Assembly (NCBI RefSeq): GCF_037042905.1
Contig: NC_087246.1
Location: 45,570,001-45,634,000 of the forward strand
Direction of reading: 5' to 3'
DNA: 64,000 nt
From: Lytechinus pictus
Taxonomy: Eukaryota
Part shown: positions 39,120 to 53,300 of the stretch, in pieces
Numbering within the stretch: the stretch's first letter is position 1
Layout: each line of letters starts with the position of its first letter
Translations under genes and position numbers: made by a program
Notes under the pieces: model-generated
Told to the model about the DNA's origin: nothing
The model's database searches: none
The model's input: only the letters and a program-made list of their open reading frames with translations

Positions 39120-41740
39120 TCAGGGCAATTCCATAAAATGATCAACCTTTTTGTACGTCCGACCCCATTTTTCTCAAGTTTTTACTTCACTTCATAAACT
39201 GACCATATGATGGTCATTTGAGAGCATTACAGACTGTCAAAAGAACCAGAAATCAATGACAGAAAATTACATGAAGGTTCCACATATAGGGGGTCGGACG
39301 TACATATTTGATCGAATTGCCCATTACCCTTTTTTTTAAATCTCTTTCATCGACGAAAAAGAGTACCGAAGTGATGACGTCACAAAAAGCTTTTTGCATA
39401 TCAGCGTTTTTTATAGTATATGTTGGAAGAGGATGATGAAAAACCCCACTACCAATATTTGGTGGAAATCTGTCCATGGGGGCCTTAGATATAACCTCAT
39501 GAATACATAATTAGCCCCATTGAAGTCAGTGTATTATTGGCCTGGTTAGTAACATTTCGATTCCCACCAAATTTTGTATCAATATGGTATCACAAACGCT
39601 AACATCCAAAAATGGAAAATTGGTGACGCCACACTTCGGTACTCTATTATCTTGTTATTGAGGCCTCTGTCACAAATACATTTTGGAATCGTACGATTTT
39701 CTCTACCCGGTGGTTTGTCGTGGATTCTGATATTGATACATAAAGAAATTTCCAAAACATCGTTGTATCACAATTAAAACTATTATGCCCAATAAAAACA
39801 ATACTCAACGAAATCATTTTTTCTGACAGAGTACGACAGGAGAGCAGTGAGTTCTCAAATCTTATATAAAATTATTGCAAGAAATTAAATCAGCTTATAA
39901 CCGACTAAAATGCGACAGTATGCCAGGCAGGCACTGTAACAAGTTCAGTACCAAATGAACTTTACTTACGAAAACAATGAACCTTAATCTGCTCTGCTCA
40001 TGATGGATGTATACCCTCGCCTGAAGGGCCTGAAGTTAGACCTTTCAACATGTTCAAGTTTTCCTAATAATTATTTGTACTTATAACTCGCCTGCCTCAC
40101 CGTAGCATTGCAACCATTTCCCTCGAAATCAGGTTGTAAGGTTTGGGTCCTTTGACTTATTTTTACAGCTAATTTCAAGAAAGTAGTTTCGACTCGCTCC
40201 AGGAACACCGTTTTGTCCCGTATTTCAAGATCCTTTTGACACATTTTACGTAAGAATATTCAGGAATTACAATTTTTCTCATATAGGCCAAAAGCGTTAG
40301 GTCAAAATAGGTTTAAACGTGGAAATGTCTGATTATAAGCTGATTTTTTTTTCTCGGAATGGGTCTAGGAATATGTCTAGAGTAACATACTAAAAATTCT
40401 CATATAACCTCCTTGAGCTTTTTCCGTAATCCAAGATAACGTCCAAAAATGGCTGTCAAAGTCTAAAAATCCATTACTTAAGTGTCGTTTTTATTTTGTT
40501 TCTATTCAACGGTTTTAAAGGTTGAGTATTTTACATTGGGACGAGTTACAAGGAGTGGTAAATGGTAAGTATATCCCAAAATCCAAGATGGCTTCCAAAA
40601 CTGAAGTCTAAATAAATGGCTGTTGATGATTAAAAACTGACAATTCGCTTAATATACGCCTATAAGAAATATGATTTTGGTGTCTAAACCATGGTTCAAA
40701 GGGTCAAACAATACATAAGAACAGGTTAAAAGGACGTTCAGTGGTATATTATGTAAATCAAAATCGAAAACAGCTTCTAAAATGGAGTATAAAATAACTG
40801 CTGTTACAAAATAATATACTTCATTTTATATCTTCCTGAGAGATATTATTTTGGTGTCTATACTATACTTTCAAGGGTCAAATAATTAATTTGGACTGTT
40901 CACAATGATATGAAATTGTCCATTTTGTCCAAAAACCCAAGGTGGATCTGAAATTGCGTAAAAATGCTTCTGTTACCCACTCCTGAAAACACAGGATTTC
41001 TTTTCCCAATGTTTTTAAGCGTAGACATCCACATTATTTTTTTCACAGGCTAATATTGCATGATTAATGACCATTTTGAAATGATGAAATGATGGGAGCC
41101 ATTTAGACGCCATATTGGAAGCTATCTCGGATTCTTAGGCAAAAATTGACAACTGTTTGCCATTGTTACTAGTCCAAAAACATAATTTGACCCTAGAAAA
41201 CACAATCACATCCAAAAGAAAAAAAAAACTAAACATGCTAAAAATCTATCCATTGAGACAAAAAAAAAATCAAATGTGATGAAAAATGGATCCAACCCCA
41301 ATTGCAAATGAGTTATTCGGAAGAGTTTGTTTGCAAAATGGGTTAGATCCACTTTACACCGTTCCGAGAAAATCATTTTTTCCCATATTGCAATATTCTT
41401 ATGCGAAACTAAATGTTAATGAGAGTATATCATTAACATTTAGTTTCGCATGTGAACTTAAAAAATGTGAACCATGTGAACCATGTGAACTTAAAAAAAT
41501 TGTATTCATATTATCAAAGTATTTTTATATTCAAACAATTACCATTGTGGATCTAGCCCCTTTTGCAAACAAACTAAAATGGAACCAACCCCTTCTGATG
41601 GGAATTTCAACTTTTCTTCGGTATCATATAAAGCTACTAAAACAAAATCAATTTTGATGAAAAGTGGATCTAGCCCATTTTACAAATGGGAATTTCAAAA
41701 ATACCTTGACGCTCAAGGATCTGGCTAAAACTACTCACAT
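39120..41740. repeat. Probable decayed DNA-transposon sequence(s)
   Basis: Inverted tgtacgtccgacccc/ggggtcggacgtaca, recurrent aatccaagatggc-like and tggatctagccc motifs, no credible ORF; boundaries approximate. Confidence 0.4.
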
Positions 41741-42152
41741 CGAAAGAACATCAATAATACCCGACTATTTCCCTCACAACCGTAACTTTTGTATCTAAAA
41801 TTAGGCATGTTCAAACGAGGGCTTGACAAAAATGGATATATGCATACAGGAATATTGAACAAACCAGCAAAAAATATGCAGAAAACACAGGGCGATTCAC
41901 GTTAAAATAAAGAAAAGAAGTAACACCCCGAAATGGTTGGTTTCAGATTTCTTGAGAAAATAAATTTAATAGAGACAAAAATAGAAATAACGCCCCCGGC
42001 AACAAGAAAAAAATACTTTTTCATAAATTGTTCAAAAATTAAATTAATACACTGAAAGCATTTGATGGCGTTTAATCATGTATGCCATACCATATTATGT
42101 GCATGATGTATGAGATATATACGTTAGGTATGTAGGCCCATAAAACAGTACA

Positions 42153-43746
42153 CATAGGCGGATCAAGGGGGGGGGCCGAGGGGCCCGCCCCCCCCCCTAA
42201 TGGCGGAGCGAAAAAAAAAAAGAAAATAGGGGGAAGGAAGAAAAAGAAGGGAAAAGAGAGGAGAAAAAAGGGAAAACATAAGAGGAGGAAGACGAGTGGA
42301 TAAGATAAGGGGGAGACTTGGAAAATAATTTTTAAAATCTTTCATATCACTATACAGTATAAAATTTATGCTCGCGCTCGCATTGCCTTTTAGGTGATTT
42401 ATATATGTTTCTCAATATCGAGCTTAAATATCAAATTTTGAAGTTAATATACAAAACATATTTCAGCTCAGAAATCTAACTTTCATTAATTTGTTTAATT
42501 TACAAATATAATTTTAAAAAGTGCTCTGTAAAAAATTATGTTTTATCTTCTGAATATTAACCTTTTCTGCTCGCGCTGCGCGCTCGCAACCTTTGATTTG
42601 TCAGGTACCTATTATTTTCCTGTATTCCATAAAGTTCTCAAATATCCCTATTCTGGTCAAATTGTCAAAACGTAACAGCTAGCGCTGACGCTCGCATTTC
42701 GATTGGTCATTAGATATGTATATCTCAACATTAATTCTAGCCCCATTTCATGAGAGTTTATCAAAAATTTCGGCTCGCGATTTGCGCTCGCACTGATTGT
42801 TGAAAATTTATTAACTCATGCATCTTATTTATAATTACAAAAGTGCTTTAAATATCCGGTTTTCAGGCCATAATAAATTAACAGATTTCGGGCTCTCATT
42901 AGGCTTATTAGATTAATAAATAAGATATTAATTTAATAATCAAATTGTCCCTTTTTCAGAATGGAATATCGACAAGTTTCATCTCCCGCTTAGGAAGAGA
43001 AATAGGAAGATATTATATTCTTAGAATGTCCCTGTCCTATGTTAAAACTCAAAGTAATAATAATGAATCATATCAGATCTTTTTTTTTACTGTGATTCAT
43101 ATCCACCTCACAATTTTGTTACAAAGCAGGAAATACAGAGCTTAAATTGACCCTTTTTTCAGATCGGAATATCAAATATTTTAAGCTCGCGCTTTGCGCT
43201 CGCTTTATTGATTTTCATGATGAAAAAAGGTGTTTAGAATGCCCAGATTCTAGGTCGAAATCTGAAACACGCGCACGCACGTTTATTCAGATACACCGCT
43301 TGTTCTCTATTTAAATCATTATGTGCCTATATAACCAGTGTCAGATCAGAATATCAACAATTTTCTGCTCACGCTTTGCGCTCGCATTATCAATGTAGGA
43401 AGATACAAAATTATACCAAATGTTTTTCATCATTAAACAATTATGAAGAGAGTGTCCCTCTTTTAGGTTTGAAATCTAATTTTTTATGTCAAAATCTAAC
43501 ACGAATTTGGATTCTTGTAATAAAATGTCAAAATTTTTGCTCGCTCGCTTCGCTCGCTCGTAACATCTTATTAATTTTACGCGATACGCCATATCGAGCC
43601 CCCTCAATTTTTTTTGCTCATTACGCCACTGGGACAACCCCTTCAAAGAAACAAACAAAAATCAACTTTGAGCGGCCGATCGGGGAAAATATGGGTGAAC
43701 AAAATTTCGGCCCCCCCCCCTATTGGCGGAGGCTGGATCCGCCCTG
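42153..43746. mobile_element. Non-autonomous hAT-like element with gctcgcgc..gcgctcgc repeats
   Basis: cataggcggatc/gatccgccctg termini; AGTACA on both flanks. Confidence 0.75.
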
Positions 43747-44127
43747 AGTACATATTGTAAAATGGAAAATACATTGTACTGTGTTGCTCACGAAAACCCA
43801 GCGCCATATTGACTTTTAAAAAAATCTCGAACATTTCCATGAATACAAAAGACCTTCAAATGTTAGAGTAGAACAAAAGTATTGAAGTCAAACCCTTCCG
43901 TAAAAGTTTTATAGAACGGCCGCCTCTTATATTGACGGACTTGTGGTCAATAATTGACCACAAGTCTAACCTACTCTTTTTAATTGATTATTTATAATTC
44001 TATTAATGAGAGGTTCTCTTATGGAAATAGACACACCACACTATACACATCCCTTCCTCCCAACTACAGTTACCATTGCACATGCATGCCAGCTTTCGAT
44101 CCTTGACTAATCTTTTGCCAATAACTA

Positions 44128-44338
44128 CACTGCAAAAACTCCGGTGTTGATTTAACATCAGCCCGGAATCTATATACATGTATGTCCACACCAGAGAAGT
44201 GTTAAACAACACCAGTTTCGTTTTGGTGTTTATATAACACCAATTAGTATTAAAACAGCATCGGTTTGATTCCTAACTGGTGTTGTTTCAATACTTCTCT
44301 GGTGTGGACATATACAGTTTTATAGATTTTTTGCAGTG
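44128..44338. mobile_element. CACT...AGTG MITE
   Basis: cactgcaaaaa/tttttgcagtg termini, TA flanks, internal ~35-bp inverted repeat. Confidence 0.8.
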
Positions 44339-45386
44339 TATAACCAAATGTAAGTAATTTATAAATGAATAATTCTTAAATCAGACTTTAACTTTGACTC
44401 GTTATTCTAGTCCTTTTGTATTGTAATTTTACATGAATCATGTTTAACTGAGTTAAAATAATTTCCTTATGTTGACATGTTATCACCTTTTTTCTGTTCT
44501 GAGTATAGGCATATTGTACACTACATGTGTGTAAACCAGTGGATTTTTCCCCTTTTTGGACAATAAACATATAAAGTTATTCAATTCAATCAAGTAGGCC
44601 AACCGTTCCCTTGATTAAAAAAAGTATGTTAAAGGTATATGAAGGATTCAAGCGAAGTGTATGGACGGATATTATTAGCCAAGGCTATTCCAAAGAGTCT
44701 GTAAAAGCACGCTAACCTTAATGGAATAGATGAACAAGGCGAAGGAGACTGAGTAATGTGTGTAGAGTAGATAAACCTGAGAGATATTGGAACTTGGAAA
44801 TGAGATTCTGTAGGTATAGGAGCAAGATAGCTTTCTGAATGTACCCTTCTAGAAAACAATACTTAACATCACCCCCCCCGCCCCCCCCCCCAAAAAAAAA
44901 AAAAAAAAAATCGGACTCGGTGGAATTAACGTTGCCCAATGTAATCTCTTTCATCAGTGGAAACAGGTCCGGAACAACCAAATGAATTACGATCTTATCT
45001 TCCGTTTGTTTTGCTGTGGCATAAACTTATATCATTGTAAATCTTATATTATTGACTATGTAAATATCATTGGCTCATGCTTTTATTTACCTGCATATTC
45101 TTCAACGGGTTTATTACTGTCTGTTATTCCTTCCATGTACCGGCAGCACTGAAATATTATTTCTTTTAGTCTAGAATGAAGACCGTCACGTACATAATTC
45201 AGCAAACAAAAAATTGTTTGCGACTTTGGTTCATTTGCGAAACTTTAATTTCGTGATTTGGACGCTGGATGCTTATGCTAGCTGTGTACCATTTACTTCC
45301 AGCAAAACTCGTCAGATGTGCAAGGTGTAGATACCTTTGGATATAAAACCGGTTCAGTGTCTATACTGAAAAGGAAATCAAGTGAG

Positions 45387-45746
45387 ATGTCTCTGTTATT
45401 TCGCAGTGCTTCTTTGGTTCTGCTGTGGATCTTGATCTCCCGAGTTAAACTTTCTTTTGGATTCTTTAACCTGACAATATTACACACCAATGATTGTTCA
45501 GATCGAATTGAAGAATTCAGTGGTTCGGGCAGTACATGCACCCCAGAGATCAGGGCGGACGACGGATGCTTTGGAGGGGTAGCCAGAAGATCTACGGTGC
45601 TGAAAGACATTCGTGAGGGGGGCACCGGTAATGAAAGCATCATTTTATTGGATACGGGGGACCAGTTCCAAGGCACGGACTGGTTTTACGTGTACAAAGG
45701 AAACAGCACCGCTCATTTCATGAACTTATTAGAATACGACGTCATG
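45387..45746 (+). CDS. 5'-nucleotidase-like exon 1 (signal peptide, HTND, DxGD)
   Basis: MSLLFRSASLVLLWILIS..., LTILHTND, LLDTGDQFQGT; ATG|gtaagc donor. Confidence 0.92.
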
Positions 45747-48700
45747 GTAAGCTGATAACTCGCTTTGAATTTTTAAATGATAACATTAATTGACAGTTGG
45801 GAATATGGAATTTCTAATCAACTTACAGGAATTCATCAGGGCCATGATAACGATTTTTTGGGGCTGGAGGGTGATAAAGTAAATTTGACCAAAAAAAAAG
45901 GTTCCTTTACAAAGTGAAGACCGTTTTGAAAACCATTGCAATCGCGTGCAAAATGTACTTTTACGAAACGGTCACCAAGAGTTGCAAGACCAATAGTAAC
46001 ATTTAAAAGTCTCTTTATCAGTATCTTTATAATCATTATTGTTTTTGTTCTTTGCCATCAACCTTTGAATATTTGATCGTGTAATTAAAAACGGTAAAGG
46101 CAAAGTGTCACATCAGATTTGTAAAATAAGAACGGCAATAAGCGATGCAACTGAACGAATAAAGGCCACAACCATATGAACTTTGATAGTACTTTAAAGT
46201 GTAGTGTTTGATGAGATAACAAACCATTAATCACTAATCATTTCGAATGGTCTACAATCCCCTGCTTTATGTGTTTTATTTCAGACCAGACACCGTTTGT
46301 TATCTGGTTATTTTGCAGTCTTAATATATATATATCTTTTTGTCAAATTCTTTTCGCTACGGTCGCACCTGCGAAACCGTCTCCAGGCCGACCAAAGTTT
46401 AAATTACGATATTTCCCGAATGTTAACTATCGGTCAGTTTGTGTGGTATTACAAGTGTAATCCATCGATATCAATAGGTGGATAGAGCTTCCACGCGCTC
46501 TTTTGAGACCACCGGAAACAAAACCTAAAGGTCAAGCGCGCATAAAAGTTTCACACTTTTTTCTCCTGCGTGTGCGTACGTGGGGTACTTTATGTGTTGG
46601 TATGGTCCCATAATACCATAGAGATATATACTAATAACGCCTAATTAGTATACATCTCTATGCATAATACTGACTGTCTATTCTGTCATGGGTACTTTTC
46701 TCCGGCCTCAAAGGCCGTGCGTGCGAGTGTGCGTACAAGCTCCATCCCGCTTATGGATATCGTTGGTGTATCCCTGCCCCGGGATCCTTGCTCTCCAGTC
46801 AAAGATGGCCCCATCCAATTGTCGATAATACAGTAGATAGTCTGATAGCAGTAGATAGAGTAGGCCAACAATGGCGAAACAATAGGAGGGGCGCCCCTGC
46901 CATTATAATATTAAGTAAAAAATATATATATGTGGCGGAAGGTTCTTTATATCTAAACATTAAAAAATATCCCAATGGGATATAAAAAAAGATTTTGGCC
47001 AAAATGAATAAGTAGAAAAAATCAAATTGATCCTTTAATTCATGCGTTAGCACCAGTTAAATGTCAAATTGTAACTTCTAATAATTCACAAGAGGCATTT
47101 CCGTATATATATTAAACAGCAGCAAAGGAATTAATATTGAACATTGTGGAACTCCGCCTTGGATTGACATATAGGCCTAATATGCGTAAAGCTCCTCAGT
47201 ATTTTGTGTTCATTTTCGGTTATCGAACTCGTTAGTGTATCGAACAATTTCATTAGAGCCAGTAATGTCTTCTAAAACCATATTGATTTGGATTGAACAT
47301 GTGATATTTTTTTGATATATTTTTTCTTAGATTTTAAATATGGTGGGAAAATATATATAGTTCTGTAATTTCTTTATGTCATGGTGGTCTTCTTATGTAT
47401 AAATATAATTTCCTTCAGCAATTTTAAGAGATTCTGCACATTTCCTGGTAAAAATCATTATATTAAAATGTGGGTTTAAGGAGAAACAATATATTGCATA
47501 ATTTGTTTACAATGTGCTTATTTCAGCACGACTTCGCGTAATCATTTTTAGTAATTCATTCATTCTAGTAGAGTATGTTTAAAGCCCGGGGGGCACTTCC
47601 ATTGACGAGTGGATACCATGTATGACCCAAAAACACGTATAAGGATCTCTTTTTCAAGATAGGGTTTTTGACGCCCTTATTACGTTACGTACGTAACGTA
47701 ATAAGGGCGTCAAAACACTAAAATAATGAAAAAGGTAAATAGATTTCGCTAGAAAAACTACGTGTTTACGGTCCAATTTGCGAGGGTACAAAAATACTAA
47801 GATACATCATAAAGGATGTATTATTTGCTCCAGCACTACGTGTTTAGGGTCCGATTTGAGCGAGGTGTGTGGGGTGGTACCAAACCCAATGGCCCGTATT
47901 CTGAAGTCGGGTTTAACTTAGACTCAGGTTTAAAGATGTGGTTTAAGTATGGGAAGCAAAAAGTACCAAATTTTTTTAAAGTTGTATGTTTCTTATGTTT
48001 ACTGTGCTCTTTCCTGATTCATTGATGGTGAAGACAATCATCTATTTATACTTCCTACACAATTATGAATGATTTGAGAGCCGAATGAGCTGAAAGTATG
48101 ATATCTCTACTGTTAGTGATTATGTAACAATTGGCTGTCCATACTTAAACCACAACTTTAAACCTGAGTCTAAGTTAAACCCGACTTCAGAATACGGGCC
48201 AATGAAAGTAAAGGTCAAGCCGGTGTCCGTGTCATAACTAAGATATCGTTGTACTTGTTTAGGGGGCCAATTCAGGGAATACTTGTCAAGGGTACCGCTT
48301 TGTTTCCAATACTTGTTAAGGGTAGGATTTCACACGCCAGTATTTGTTAAAGGGTGCATTTTCAGAACATGGAAAAAAAAATTAGGGTGCTTTTCAAAAG
48401 CCCGTGGTCATGCATGGTAACCACTCGTCAATGGAAGTGCCCCTTGGTTTAAACACTGATCTGAATACTCATTATTCAGATCATTTTGAAGGTTGTAGAA
48501 AAAACTTGGTCCCCTAAAGAATAAATGATGATGATGATGATAATAATAATCTCTCTACCAATAATAATTATGATGATAGTAATAATAATAATAATTGTAA
48601 TAATAATAATAATGATAATTGTAATAATGAAATGACACTCTCAACATCTCCAAGTTTAATGGCATAATATTCAAGAGGAAAAATATCACTGGTATTATCG

Positions 48701-50250
48701 TTTTGTTACAGACTGAATTATTGATAGTATCCTAGGTAGATTTCATATCTCATTTCATTCTATTATTTTGTCGGCGTATAATACATTTTACGAGAAATTC
48801 GAATCATGCTAGGTTTTGTGATGGTATACATGTTGTATTTATTACGTACAGTAGGCTTCGTTTTATAATTTTTATATCGTAATTTTGTGTGCGTATTTAT
48901 TCTAAAGATGCTTTTGCTATCCATGGTATTTTAGGACGTTTACTGATCATGTAAGCTGAAAATGAAAATTGTTGTTCAAATTCCATTTGCTATATTTACG
49001 TTTGACTAGTTAAATATGTCAGGTCACCGTGACTCTTTGTTGATACCCTTTATTGATGTGTTCCATTTCAGTACTTGTTAAATTAGTAGGCTTTTCAATA
49101 GGCGGGGGCGGAGTGACGTCACGACGACAGCACTGACCTCATTTTATATTTATGAATATTTTATATTTTATATATGAATATTTTCCACCTTACGTTTCCT
49201 TTTGACTTTAAGTTAACATGATAATAACATGATAATATGAACCATGGACAATTGTTGTTGCGGCATTTATATTTTGTCCCCACTGATACATTTGTTGAGC
49301 ATTCTATTTTATACAGTAATTCATGCCCGCCTCCCCGCTCACGTCTCCCTCTCTCGTTCCCTTTCCTTCTCTTCTTTTCTCTGCCCTTTCCTTTGTAGGC
49401 CTATTGTTTATTGTATTGTATTTTTGTCATTTCATTTCATTTCGTTCATTTCCATTTTCAACAATTACAGTTTGTTTTGTACATTTTGACATATGAATAA
49501 CAAAACATATTTCAAGTATCACTGTACAAAAATTATATTCAAGATTATTACATAACATCAGGTTGAAAAGGAGGAGGATGTTAAAAAGCGGAGCTTGTAG
49601 AGTGCAGCCTCCTAATAAATATCCTTGTAGTTACATATAGAATATAAAATATAGGCGTATCCCGCCACAAGCCTCGGCTTTTAGGGTATACGCCTTCTTT
49701 TTTAAACCAAACATGTACATATTTATATTCTTCATAACAATTTGATTTTTGTATGAATTAATGTTTAAGAAAAATGTTTTGAAATGGAAGAAAATAAATG
49801 TTTATTTGAATTGAATTGAACTTAGTGTTTTAGTGGCGGCTAGAATTTCAACATCTGTGTAAAGAGTTAAGACATCTCCCTGCAACATCTAAGTCACGTG
49901 TACAATAGAATTCTGTTCCTCCTCCATTAAAGATAAAAAGATATTGTGATCTTCACAAAATGATTTAGATTGCCATTGCGTGGGTCTGTAAATCAATTGA
50001 ATTATTTTGGTTTTGGCAACTGGATTTGTGATATAAAGAAGTAAAGGATTCACTTTCTTGTCGAATCTATACTGTAAAGGGAATAAATTCCCGCATCATC
50101 TGGATAGGGTGCACTACAATTTAGCTAAATTTTTGCTGAAGGAAATTAACACTTCTAGTGGGTTTGAACCCACGACCCTCTGACTTAGATGCCTCCACAG
50201 ACAAGACAGACGCTTTGGATAATGGACGTACTTATACTCCTTATCCTGCT

Positions 50251-50304
<54 letters not shown>

Positions 50305-53300
50305 AAATTATACATGTACAACAGCTTTGGCAACTCTTAATATATTCTGTGAAAGAAATGGATGAAGAGAACAATGGTAGGCGTAGCTTAAATCAAGGTT
50401 CCCCAGAGCTATCTGCCCTTTGGAAAAATTGGCGATGCCGAAATCTCTGCCGGGAATCGAACCCGGGCCCCCAGCTTGGAACGCCGCGGCGTTCCAAGCT
50501 GGTGCCTTAACCACTAGACCACAGAGATGGGTTAGTGGCAAGGGCGACCCCGATCCGATTGACTGTCAGATAAGTGGTATAGTGTCGAAAATCTGTTTAC
50601 AAGTATCAGTAGATTGAAAACACAACAGTTTTGATTCCCAGAAAATGGTCGCTAGACATACTCAAAGAAAGGAGACGCTAGTCCATCTTCTTTGATTTCA
50701 ACTGGCACTTTTATCTTTTACGACGAGCGACCTAATGTTTTATCCGATTATCATGATTATGAAAAACCCCGACCCCAATTCAAAATTCCTTCTGACGGAC
50801 CTTGATGTTGCCGGGCATACAGTTTCACCATGTACCGGCGACAAGGGCGTCAGTAGGGGGTTCATCTATTGTTGCGCCCCCCCCCCCCCAAAAAAAAGAC
50901 AATCCTCTGCGCTGACGCCCATGCCCGGCGATGAATTAATTCTGTTTTATGAACTCATTGTGTTCTCAATTTTCAGGGCTTGTCAAAAAATGAATTTCTC
51001 AGGGGTGTTCCGGGACTGATACCGTTTTTAAATCTAATCGATTTTCCCGCCGTAAGCTCTAATATTGATACGTCCAACGAACCAGCCTTGCAGTCGCTTC
51101 TTAGCCGGAGTCGTGTGATCACTGTAGGGGGAGAGAAAGTGGGCGTGGTAGGAGTAACCAAGCCAGATACTCCCCAGTTGACACCCACAGGTATTGGTAG
51201 TGTCATTTACTATCATCAATGTTTATTTTGATATTCTAGACGTTTACAAGTATTCATTCAACATAGATACCTTCTCTACGCTCTCTCTGTTGGAATATTG
51301 TACCTTCACGTAGGCCCATGTAGTGGGAATACTGAAGCAATGAGATCGTTTTGTAAAAAATAAAGACCCTTCAAGGGATACAGTCTTGGTTTTTTATTGA
51401 AAAAAATTGATACACGTATACTGTAAATTTGAAATTTATGATGAAATGATTGGGACGTAGGTAGTTCACTGTCATCAATTTTGGATGATGATTGCTGAAA
51501 ACACAGCGAAAATAAATAAAATTTCCGTTTATTAATTTCCAGGGAACCTCACATTCCTCCCTGTCATCGAATCCGTCCAGGCAGCCGTTGACAATCTTGT
51601 AGACGATCAGGGCGTCAATAAGATCATCGCACTCAGTGACTCTAGCTTTGATATTGATCAGGAGATCGCGAGGTCCGTTCGGGGAGTCGACATTACGGTG
51701 TTTTCGCCCAGCGTCGTACGACGTAGAACGTAAGGGTCGTGTGCAAAAATTGCCAACTTCCATGGAAACAGAGGCCCAAGCGATCTTGAGCTCAAATCAC
51801 GGACGGTTCTTCCGCAAATTAGCGGGCGTCCGCATTAGAACGTAGGATTTGTCAACAGCCGTCAACAGCCAATCAGATCGCTTGTAGAGTGAGCAAGCTG
51901 AGCCGATGTAAACATTCGCCCATCGCGTGCATATGCACATGTTGTACTCTACTCTGACTACACTGCACTGATAGCTGAAAGCTTCAAAACGATCCGGCCG
52001 CGATCAGCGATTTGCGAAACTGCTTACAAGCGAGAGTTGAGCGCGACGGACGCACGAACCAAGAGATCGTTCTACGTCGTTGATAGCGTCGTACGACGCT
52101 GGGCGAAAACACACTATTGTCGTCGGCGGCCATTTCAATACTTTTCTTTACACAGGTAACATATCCCATGCAAAAGACTTAGTTTCGATGCAGAGACGAG
52201 TGGCGCAGTCACATTTCCCTTTAGGCTTGGTCCCAACCGGCCGCACTCGCAAGTGCAGGCTGACTACTTGGCAATGCAAAAACGAGAGCAAATTTGAGTA
52301 TCCGTGAGTGGCGAGTATTGAGTACCACCTCCGTACGAATCAGGGAGCACGCAGACACGACGTAGCACTTTCAAGCCCCGGTCGAGGATTTAAAACGTAA
52401 AAAAAGAATTCTTGACATCCTTTGGAAAACGCTATGCATCCGTTGTGTAGCCTTCTTGTTGTGTAACTGCCTCGTACGCTCTATTCACCGAGCATCCGTC
52501 CATTGTGATTTCATCCGCAATAATTTTTTAGCATCACAGAATAATATGTCCGCTGTTTCCTCTCTGCATCATCTGGGCATCCTCGCAACGCACATCCACT
52601 CCAGCGACAACACGGAAAGATGGAGATTATATAAGGGCCTGGTCCCACTGGCCGATGGACGCAAAATGTATTCATAAAGGACACAGCGGACGAGCACAAT
52701 TTCGAGGGTGGCTCCATCCGCTCCAGAAATTGACAAAATTAGGGGGAAATTTTCGAAAACATAACGGAAAATAACGGACGTTGGTAGTATTTAGCGGGGA
52801 TGTTAAACGGATGTTCATCGGGAGCCTAGCGGATGGAAGTGGATGGCAGCTCCGAAAGGGCTACCGGGGGTTTTGAATACTTCGAGATGCATACGCTTAC
52901 ATCCTTTCTATTTCCTCGCTACAAACGATGTCTAGACGTTCCACGTACCTTATCTTTCCTCCCTCGAACCATCGTTCAGCTGCAGTAAATATGAGTTGCG
53001 AGGATGCCCAGAGGATGCAGAGAGGATTCAGCGGACGTTTAACTTTAACGGATGATAACGGACATGGAACGTTTGGTGCTCGTTTATGTTTCGGATTAAC
53101 ATCGTACACGGCGGAAAGTTTTGAGCGGATGAAATCACAGTGGACGGGTGCTAAATAGATAGAGCCTATATAACACGTAAGCAATGAGTACACAACGGAT
53201 GCATAGCGTTTTCCTACGGATTGTAAGATTTTTAAATGTTTTACATCCGCTTTTGCATCTGTAAGTGCAGAATGACCGTTCTGTAAAGGCACCGTTTGTG

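Noticed and set aside
45293-45676. 127 aa minus-strand ORF
   Set aside because: Antisense shadow of nucleotidase-like exon 1.
50443-50528. Functional tRNA gene, possibly with an intron
   Set aside because: The extra 15 nt are an inverted duplication, not an intron at the canonical 37/38 position. The D stem pairs poorly and the context is repeat-like.
51695-52115. Exonic MITE acting as a precisely spliced introner
   Set aside because: The GT and AG sites closest to its ends give incompatible phases. Only transcript data could revive the idea.
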